64,000 nucleotides of DNA from the human T2T-CHM13v2.0 reference genome, Homo sapiens. The position numbers and the translations under genes were made by a program. The notes beneath the pieces were generated by a model. It searched no databases. It was not told the DNA's origin and saw only the letters and a list, made by a program, of their open reading frames with translations. Below, piece by piece: positions 55,157 to 64,000 of this stretch (its first letter is position 1; every line of letters begins with the position of its first letter). The stretch lies in the NCBI RefSeq assembly GCF_009914755.1, contig NC_060932.1, one strand, 5' to 3'.

Positions 55157-57124
55157 ATGCCAGGATGCCAAGACTGTGTAAGGCTGGAGACGATCAATGC
55201 ACCATCTTTAGTATGGTGTCCTGAGCCCAGCCAACTCAGTAACCGACTGTGTGTGGCAGTGATTGTTACTCTTTTCAAATCACTGACATTCAGAGGGCTG
55301 GGCTTAGGTGGACAATTGCCCTTTGGGACTGTCTTCCCTCACTGATGTCACTAAGCACCTGCTTCCTCTCTGGTCTTCCTGTGCTTGGCCCCTGTGTATT
55401 CTGACACACCTGGAGACCATGCCTCTTGGACTCTACCCCTAAGAGTCCCTGAAACCATGTGTTAGCCTCTTTGCAGCGACACTGTGCAGTATTTTTCACT
55501 TCAGGAGGCATCCTCCAACCTTCTAAAAGCCATCTGAGATAGGAATTATGACACCGCCAGCTCATATCAGGAAGCAAGGCTCACAGATGCACAGGGAAGA
55601 CTATGCAGAATTTGAACTGAAATCTTCCAGCCCCAAACTCCAAACCTTTCCACGTGGGCTACTGGCTGGGGAGCATGGAGACAGGAGGGCAGGGCTGCAG
55701 GAGCTGGTCCACCTGGAAGGAGGAGGGTGAGATCCCGAAGCAATGCCGCGAGCTGTGCTTCTGTATCATGCCTTGACCTTGGACTTCCCAGTATCAAGAG
55801 CGGTGAGAAACACATATTATGTCTAAACTGCCAAGTCTGAGATATTTTCCTATAGCAAATGTTTGCTATATTTCCTATAGCAATATTTTCCCCAAAAGAC
55901 AGCACTTCTCCTGGGTATTTTAAAAGGGTAAGAGGGAGAAACGAGAGACTGGAAGGAACATATAAACTTTGAGGAGCTTTTCCCAACAGTGTAGCTTAGC
56001 AATGAAGAAATAAGTCCAATGTGGTTACATGGCTGGAAAAAACTGTTGTCATCAGAGCCATGACTGGACCACAGGGATCCTGGCATTGACTCTTGTGGAA
56101 GACGAGGAGGTGGGCCACCCAGATCCCCCTCCAAGGAAGGGCTGGCCAGAGGGTGGCTGTTCATCTTCAGCCCGTTTCAGAGAAAGCCCAGAGACAGACA
56201 GTCACCTATCCCAGGCTCACAACGTCCAGCCCAGGTCCAACCCCAACCAAAGGGCGCTGGTTCATGAACGTCCTGCACTACGGAACTCTCAGAGAGGGAC
56301 TTGCTCTGGTGCAACCACGGCACCTGGCGTCTTCCTCCTCTTCTCTTCTGCCTCTTCATGTGTGTGTTTTCTCATCCTCATCTCTGTGTTGTGGTGACAA
56401 ATATCACAGGAAAGGGAACACGAGATGGGGTATCTGCTTCCACTTCTGCGGTTCTCCTGGTGGCACACTCAGAAGTCCTCTGCCAGCTCTCCCCAGGATA
56501 ACGCTTTCATCCAAAATGGCAAACGTATCACCCCCACTATCTTGTGCTGAAATAACTTTATCTTGAAGTTACTCAGGAGAGAGGAGATGAATGCACAATA
56601 AATAACAAATAAGAAAATCAATGGGAAATAATAAAGAGCATAGAACTCAACGCAAATGTCACTCACCCTAAACAGATAAGACAAACAGAGCTCTGTTTAC
56701 TCAGAATCTAAACAGAAAATTCGAGTAGTCTCTCAGGGACGATCAAGGTATGCGAATAGACAGGACCTATCTGAAAGCTGGATGAGCTAATAAATTTCGT
56801 ACTCTTGCAAACAAGTGTTTGATGCTCTGTAAAGCTACGTCTCCACTAGGGAATATATGTATTTATTTATTATTTTTCAACAAGACAGTGTTATACTGAT
56901 GTAGACTATCTGCTCTCCTGAGTTGTAATTTGTTTCAAGTTGTAATTTGTCTCTTATTGGACAGCTCTGCTAATCTTGGCAACGTTGTACAAAAAGGGAA
57001 GGTGACTTGTGGGTCCAGGGTCCACCCGGTGTCTGGACACTTCTCCCCACACGTTTTTTGGATTCTCCTCTTTTCTTCCTTCCACACCCTTCCCTCGCCT
57101 CTTCCTCCCTCCAACTGCCCTCAG

Positions 57125-57156
57125 AGCTGAGCACAGATTTTCATTTGCAAAGAAAC

Positions 57157-57226
<70 letters not shown>

Positions 57227-57267
57227 GAGAGAAACTAGAGCTGCAGGAATGCAGGAGAAAGGTAAGT
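57125..57267 (+). other. Candidate exon (first or internal) ending in a consensus 5' splice site
   Basis: pyrimidine tract 57064-57120, ctcag| at 57124, ggaATGCAGGAGAAAG|GTAAGT at 57249-57267. Confidence 0.35.
57158..57232. repeat. Compound (GA)n(GACA)n microsatellite
   Basis: seen directly. Confidence 0.97.
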
Positions 57268-57604
57268 CACCTATGGCAAATCCCTGCAATAGCCTCTTCT
57301 TTCTCCTGAATTAAACTATTGAGTCATTCATTCTCAGATCTTCGAATGAATGATAAAAATATTTCGTGACTGATGACAAAACATAGCTTTTGTGTCTAAT
57401 CTCAGACCTGCTAAGTCACAATCTTCGGAGGTGAGCTTGGTTTAGCTTTATTAGTCCAGTTATCTAGTTTTCATATGAGTTTCTGTTTTGTTTTATTGTG
57501 TGGAAGATAACTTCAATGCACGCCAAAGTTAGTCTCACATTCCCTGGTGTCTGTTGGGTAAGGTGATTCCTTAGTAATTCAGATTCAACAATTTCAAATA
57601 CATT

Positions 57605-57817
57605 GTGGTCTACAGAGGCCAGGGCTGGGGGACCTGGGGAGATGCTGGTCAAAAGATGGACAATTTCAGTTTGACAGAAGGAATAAGTTCAAGAGATCCC
57701 TGATACATCATTGTGACTGTAGTTAATAACAATGTATTGTGTGCTTCAAAGGTGCTGAGAGTTGACTTTAGGTTTTCTCATCGCAAACCAAGAAGTATGT
57801 GAGGTTAAAAAAAAAAT
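57605..57817 (+). mobile_element. L1MA-type 3'UTR fragment
   Basis: ggggagatgctggtcaaaagatggacaatttcagtttgacagaaggaataagttcaagagatc...gtatgtgaggt. Confidence 0.8.
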
Positions 57818-58802
57818 TCACCAAAAGCAACAAACAAAAACTTGAAATAAATATGACGAATCTCTTTTCTGATAACAACATTTAGGAAGATAAATTATGG
57901 GGGAAATATTTTTAGTTTAAGGGCTGAAAAATCAAAAACCACCACAATAAATATACCTAAGGGATACATTAATTTTGTTGTGTCATTTACTTTAGTTTTC
58001 CTTTTTTCTCCTACATCAGCTGCCTTCACTATAATCTCTAAGTGGTTAGGTTAAAACTCACTTTCTGTAGGTTGTTTGAAAATGTGACGAAACCATTACT
58101 ATATTTGAATGGCAGTGGATTCTTATTACTGTTTTTAAAATGGCAATAATGTAAGAAGTGAATACAACTGTTGCTACTTGATGCCACTTCTTTCTCTGCC
58201 CTCTCTAGCTGGAGCGTCCTGCCCTCCTCTGTAGCCCCTGGGAAAGCTCAGCCTGCTCCCCTGTCCCTCCCTGTAATCCCTCTGCCCCAGCCCCCACAGC
58301 CAGACATCCGCCTTCCTCAAGATCCACTGAACTTCCAAGACCTCTCTTAGGAAACCAAGTCCTATCTTCTGCTCTTAATACACCCGTACCGTCCTTCATT
58401 AGATAATATGACTCACTGTCTGAAAGAAGCTTTACCTATAAAGGGAGCTCAGATAACCCCAAACAAATAAATAAAATGCAAAATTCTTTCAAACAAATGT
58501 AACGTACTCAATATGAGGAGATGCCATTGCAAATCCTCACAAATCACAGAGGAAATTGTTTTGTGTATAGAGACCAACTACTTGCAAATTTGAAGAATTC
58601 AGAGTTTGGGAGAAATGGGTGAAAAATATAAATCTTGTGTCTTCAACTTTTCATTAACTTGCATGTTTACTGTAATTTTATCAATGCCTCTTCCAGGCAA
58701 AAAGTTTTATTTAAGTACTGCACCAAAAGAATATTTACTACTATTGGTAGCAATAATATTGAAATCTTTGTAAATCCTTAGAATTGCAAGGGCTCACTAT
58801 GC

Positions 58803-58846
<44 letters not shown>
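58803..58846. repeat. (AGAT)11 tetranucleotide STR
   Basis: perfect run. Confidence 0.97.
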
Positions 58847-59225
58847 GTCCACATACACACATATGTATATAATCATGTATATATATAAATGTATAAAATA
58901 TAAGTATATAACATATAAGTTTATACGTATTTATAAAGTTAATAACATATTACATATTATATATGTATATAATAAGCTCCATATATAACATATAAATGAA
59001 TCTATTAAGCTCCCAATGTCAGACATACTATTGTTCTCTAATTTAATTTGTCTTACAATTATTTAATCAATAGATTTCTGTTAAATTTGAGAAGTAATCA
59101 CATTCCATAAGCTACTAATCTTTTATATTTACCTTTTCTTTTTATAGTATCACAGCAAATGGAATTTCCAATTCCATCATATATATTAACTTACATTTGG
59201 GAAAACAGTGTATTTAGACTTTTTT

Positions 59226-59345
59226 GACCAGGCATGGTGGTTCACATCTGTAATCCCAGCACTTTGGGAGGCTGAGACAGGGGATCACATGAAGTTAGGA
59301 GTTCAACAGCAGCCTGGCCAACATGGCGAAACCCCATCTCTATCA

Positions 59346-59382
<37 letters not shown>

Positions 59383-59559
59383 AGCCTCAGCCAGGCATGG
59401 TGGCGGGTGACTGTAGTCCCAGCTAGTTGGGAGGCTGAGGAACTAGAATTGCTTGAACCCCGGAGGCAGAGTTTGCAGTGAGCCGAAACGGTGCCACTGT
59501 ACTCCAGCCTGGGCCACACAGTGAGACCCTTTAGTTTCTCAAAAAAACAACAACAAAAG
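59226..59559 (+). mobile_element. Alu with an expanded A34 middle linker
   Basis: left arm, 34 A at 59347-59380, right arm. Confidence 0.93.
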
Positions 59560-60335
59560 AATTTTTTTAATGGCTTATTGGTTATTTGGAGCATTTTTTG
59601 TCTAGTTTATGATTGCAAGATAAAAATTAAACTGTTCTTGAATTATCTCAGAGCTTTATCAATTTTTTAAGTGAAACATGTTTTGAACACAACACACCTG
59701 GAGAAATCTCAATGCTTTACATTGTTTCGCTTTTACTCTAGGACTCTCTTTTTCTAGGAGCATTTACACTATAATAAATTATTTTCTAATATTAGAATTT
59801 AGAATTGCTTTCAAAATGTTTAACTTATTCATTAATAGACACAATTACATAATCCCCTTCCCCTCCAAATTTTAACATTTCTTCATTAGATTTTTTTGTG
59901 TTTTACACTGAGGAAGAGTCATCGAAATTCAGATCACCTTATATTTTAAACACACATTTAATTATTTTTTGCAAATTATTCATCAAAGTACCTGTATAGT
60001 TAAACACCCTAAGACCCATTAAATTTCTAAGTAAGCGTTGAGCCAATTTCCTATTCTCTGCTAATTATTGTTAACGTGTGATTTGCTCTGATACACTGTA
60101 AACATCAGTAGGAGCTATGTCTCTACTGTGGCTGTTTTCCTGAAGGATGGAACCATTTCACAGTCTAAAACCTGAGCCTCCAGGTCTGCCCTAAAGCTCA
60201 TCACCTTGAAAATGTGGTTCCGTCATTTTTCTCCTCTTCTGCATGATCATTTTTTCTTTTCTGCATGATTAACCCAATTATAAAAATGTGTTGTTCCATT
60301 TCCCATCTTTACAAACTAAGAGAAAGCAAGCAACC

Positions 60336-60813
<478 letters not shown>

Positions 60814-61013
60814 TGATTTCTCTGTTGCTAAATATTTTGGTCAAATATCCACCCTCCTGTTCACTCTGAAACAATCAGCCACTTCCTCCTGAAAGCACTT
60901 TCTGCCCTTTGCTTCCAGAACTCCACCCTGTTTCGGTTCCTTCTAATTCACTGGCCGCTCCTTGTTCACAGGGATGGGTGTTGCCTATGGCACTTTACTA
61001 TTTATTGCCATAT

Positions 61014-61568
61014 TGTGGCTGGAAAGTGGTCCTGATCCAGACCCCAAGAGAGGGTTCTTGAATCTCATGCAAAACAGAATTCAGTGGGAGTCCACAGACT
61101 AAAGTGAAAGCAAGTTTATTGAGAAAATAGAGGAATAAAAGAAGGGCTACTCCATAGACAGAACAGTCTTGAAGGCCGCTGGTTGCCCATTTTTATGGTT
61201 ATTTCTTGATGATATGCTAAACAAGGGGTGGATTATTCATGCCTCCCTTTTTTAGACCATATAGGGTAACTTTGTGATGCTGCATTCGTAAACTGTAAAC
61301 TGTCATGGTGCTGATGTGAGTGCAGCAGTGAGGATGGCCAGAGTCACTCTCGTCCCCGTCTTGGTTTCGGGAGATTTGCGCCGGCTTCTTTACTGCAACC
61401 TATTTCATCAGGAAGGACTTTATGGCCTGTGTCTTGTGCTAACCTCCTCTCTCATCCTGTGACTAAGAGTTCCTTAACCTCCTGGGAATGCAGCCCAGCA
61501 GGCCTCAGCCTTACTTTTTCCAGCCCCTATTCAAGATGGAGTTGCTCTGGTTCAAACGCCTCTTGACA
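61014..61568 (-). mobile_element. ERV1 solo LTR MER41A-like
   Basis: ggtcctgatccagaccccaagagagggttcttg...attcaagatggagttgctctggttcaaacgcctcttgaca; exact 4-bp TSD atat at 61010-61013 and 61569-61572. Confidence 0.92.
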
Positions 61569-61957
61569 ATATGGTTCAACTTTCCATGTAACTCTGTTGG
61601 TCACTTATCCGATGGAAGTATGGTAGTCATCTAATAAAACATTATCATCATCGGAATTATCAAGAGTAATAGTTTTAAAAAATATTTTGTACATGGTACT
61701 AAAATGCTGGAGTACATCCTATTTAATTCCACCAAAATGTTATAAGATTTATGCTACTCCTACAATCATTTACAAAAAAATAAAAAATTGAGGTACAAAC
61801 AACTTAAAAAATAAAGGTCACAAAGCTTGAAATGGTAGAAGCAGGGTTTGCTGTGGTGAAGTCTGATACTAGAACCTGCTGGCTTTACCATATCTCAACA
61901 GTCTGCTTCAGAAATTATAGCCCTGACTTTAACCACACCTTACACTTAAAATTTTTA

Positions 61958-62003
61958 TTTTCATCGATAATTATTACATTTTTTCATTGATAATTATTAC
62001 ATT
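61958..62003. repeat. 23-bp tandem duplication
   Basis: ttttcatcgataattattacatt / ttttcattgataattattacatt (one CpG-type difference). Confidence 0.9.
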
Positions 62004-62269
62004 TCAAAATTATATTAGTAAACGTACCTTTCCATTATGCTACATTTTTTAAATTCAGATTTTGATTAATCAACTCTTTCAACGTTTATCTCAGAAGTAT
62101 TTTAATGAACTTGTATGTCAGTTGTTTAAATATGATTAAACATCTATTAATATTAGTCCCACTATAATAAAAGATATACACTGAGTCACACAGTATTAAT
62201 TTTGTTTTTCTTTTCCATGAAATGCTTTTTTTATCATTTATTGTAACTGTGAAATATTCATGAAGATAT

Positions 62270-62345
62270 TGTTGTAGGACGTTCCCCTTAGTTCAGCTAA
62301 AAACAGGGTCCTTGTCACATGGCCATGAAAGATTAGGTTCACAGG
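62270..62345 (-). mobile_element. Short ERV1 LTR terminal fragment
   Basis: taggacgttccccttagttcagctaaaaacagggtccttgtcacatggccatgaaagattaggttcacag resembles the end of MER50/52/61-type LTRs. Confidence 0.55.
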
Positions 62346-62379
62346 TTATTGCAGAATATTTGAGAAAATGTTTAAATAA

Positions 62380-62900
62380 TCAAGAAGAAAATGTAACTGT
62401 GTAAACCCATCACCACAGACAACCACTGTTAGAACGTTTATGTATTTATTATTAATGCTATGTGCATTGTATATATAAGTTGATAGGTGAAGACACTTAA
62501 TATTGGTAGAATAAAAATAAAGTTGTTAATATTTATTATTCTGCCTTTAGGACCTCTTTGAACAGTTTTCCTAAGGTATTTTTAATAGATTATTCATAAT
62601 GTATTTAATTCCTTTATCATTAGAAATTAGTTTTTCTCACTTACTACAATTGTACATTACACCAATCACCTATCAAATTCTGCTCAGTTTCCAAGAATAA
62701 TTTGCTAGAACTAGAATTCTTTAGTCAAGGCTGTTAATCTACTAGGCTAAACTGATTTCTAGAACTATAGGACCAGTTTACTTCACCTGATGTAAATAAG
62801 AATATCTTAACTAAAGCCTCTCTGCCCACATTGTTTTAGTACATAAAAGAAAATGTTCAGTAATTTGGTGGTTGAAAAATGCTATCTTATTTTTATTAAC
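62380..62900 (-). mobile_element. Ancient L1M/L1ME relic
   Basis: ctagaactagaattctttagtcaagg...accagtttacttcacc...ttggtggttgaaaaatgctatctt resembles antisense L1 ORF2 end/3'UTR. Confidence 0.55.
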
Positions 62901-64000
62901 ATTTAAAATAATGCGCTATTGGATCATTCTTTGGGATAAATCTATTATTGTCTCATGGTCTGTACATTACGAGAAGCGAGTTGTTAGTACAATAACTCTT
63001 TCTTTTTTTAAAGTCTGGAAACAGTTGTTGTCTTCACAAGGTTATTTTGACTGCAGCTCCCATTGTCAGCTTACAAATATTCAGGCATTCCTGCATTTTT
63101 TTTTTATTGGATTTTTGATGTCCTTGAATAGGGACTTTTGAGAAAAACTGACAACCAAGTTTTAAGAACTACATTATCAAATTTTATTTCTACCCTTAAA
63201 TCAGTCAGTGTCCTTTCCTTGGTCAGGAAAATCATCCTCTGAAAGCCTGATGTTATAAGTCATCTTTTGCACCAGGAAAGACAGAGGTACTTACTTACAA
63301 TGTGAACCATTTGTACTGTTGATATTCCTGATTGGTTATCAGAATCTTTTAATTTAATGTCGCTTAATAGCAGCACTAAATTAAAAGATAAATGTCTCAT
63401 ATATGAAGTTATAGTATTACATGAATCATTGTGTCAAGGTAGTATGGAGGATTAGCGTGAGAATGTCCACAAAACCTTGATGACTGAACTCTTTACTAAT
63501 GTAAAGGGTAATTAGCATAAGATGCTTTACTGGAAGAAAGGCAATTAACTATTCATCTCACGTTTCCTTACCAAATCAGGGACCCCATTTAAATCACGTA
63601 TTTCCCTGTGATTTAAGTTTTCAGACATAAGCAGGATTTAACTTGGAAGCAGGTGGAATTTAAAGATTGTTTTACTTAGTCTTGTAGTGATCTATCGGTT
63701 TACACCACCGGAGCCAATTTAAACCTTTTCCCTCCAAACAGAGGGAGAATAGAAGGAGCGAGAAGATAAGAAAGCGCAAAGGGGGAGGCAGAACAAGGGG
63801 TGAGACAACGCGCTCAGAAACAACATTCTTCCTGCACTCTACGTATTGAGATGTAGAAAACCCTCCTGAGGTGGAAAACAGAGGTGTCTCAGACGATTCG
63901 CAAATTCCAAGAAAGATTTTGTGTCCTGTTCTATTAACTCGTTCTTCTTTTCTATACTTCGTTGCATTAAAGTCTTTGCCACTATAATTTCCCAAATTTC

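Noticed and set aside
56029-56566. Overlapping 122-aa and 157-aa ORFs in GC-richer unique sequence
   Set aside because: No known domain or homology, the 157-aa ORF starts at GTG, and the lengths are within chance for this composition.
61014-61568. MER41 as an interferon-gamma/STAT1 enhancer
   Set aside because: The copy is MER41A-like and lacks the tandem GAS segment of MER41B. I find no TTCNNNGAA in it; only a partial IRF-like aaagtgaaag remains.

Overview
Primate, almost certainly human, genomic DNA. It is AT-rich, CpG-poor and dominated by interspersed repeats: 15 Alus, one near-full-length L1PA, several L1 fragments, ERV1/ERVL/MaLR solo LTRs, MIR/L2 relics and two DNA-transposon relics. 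I cannot support any intact protein-coding gene or name the locus. The long ORFs in the track are decayed L1 ORF1/ORF2 or translations of Alus and simple repeats. I found no evidence of a new multi-gene system; the best signals are mechanistic scars. (1) The 5.2-kb L1PA at 22815-28020 was reverse-transcribed from a spliced RNA, with the 5'UTR donor at ~+97 joined exactly to the acceptor inside ORF1 (SpIRE97/976 type). (2) A 143-bp copy of sequence from 5 kb downstream sits inside a fold-back TA-rich minisatellite that has inflated an MLT2A1 LTR. (3) A tailless 5S rRNA retropseudogene has a 20-bp TSD. (4) One L1 is twin-primed and 5'-inverted. (5) A candidate unannotated exon or promoter lies near 57.0-57.3 kb. 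Repeat subfamily names come from recalled consensus sequences and need RepeatMasker/Dfam confirmation.
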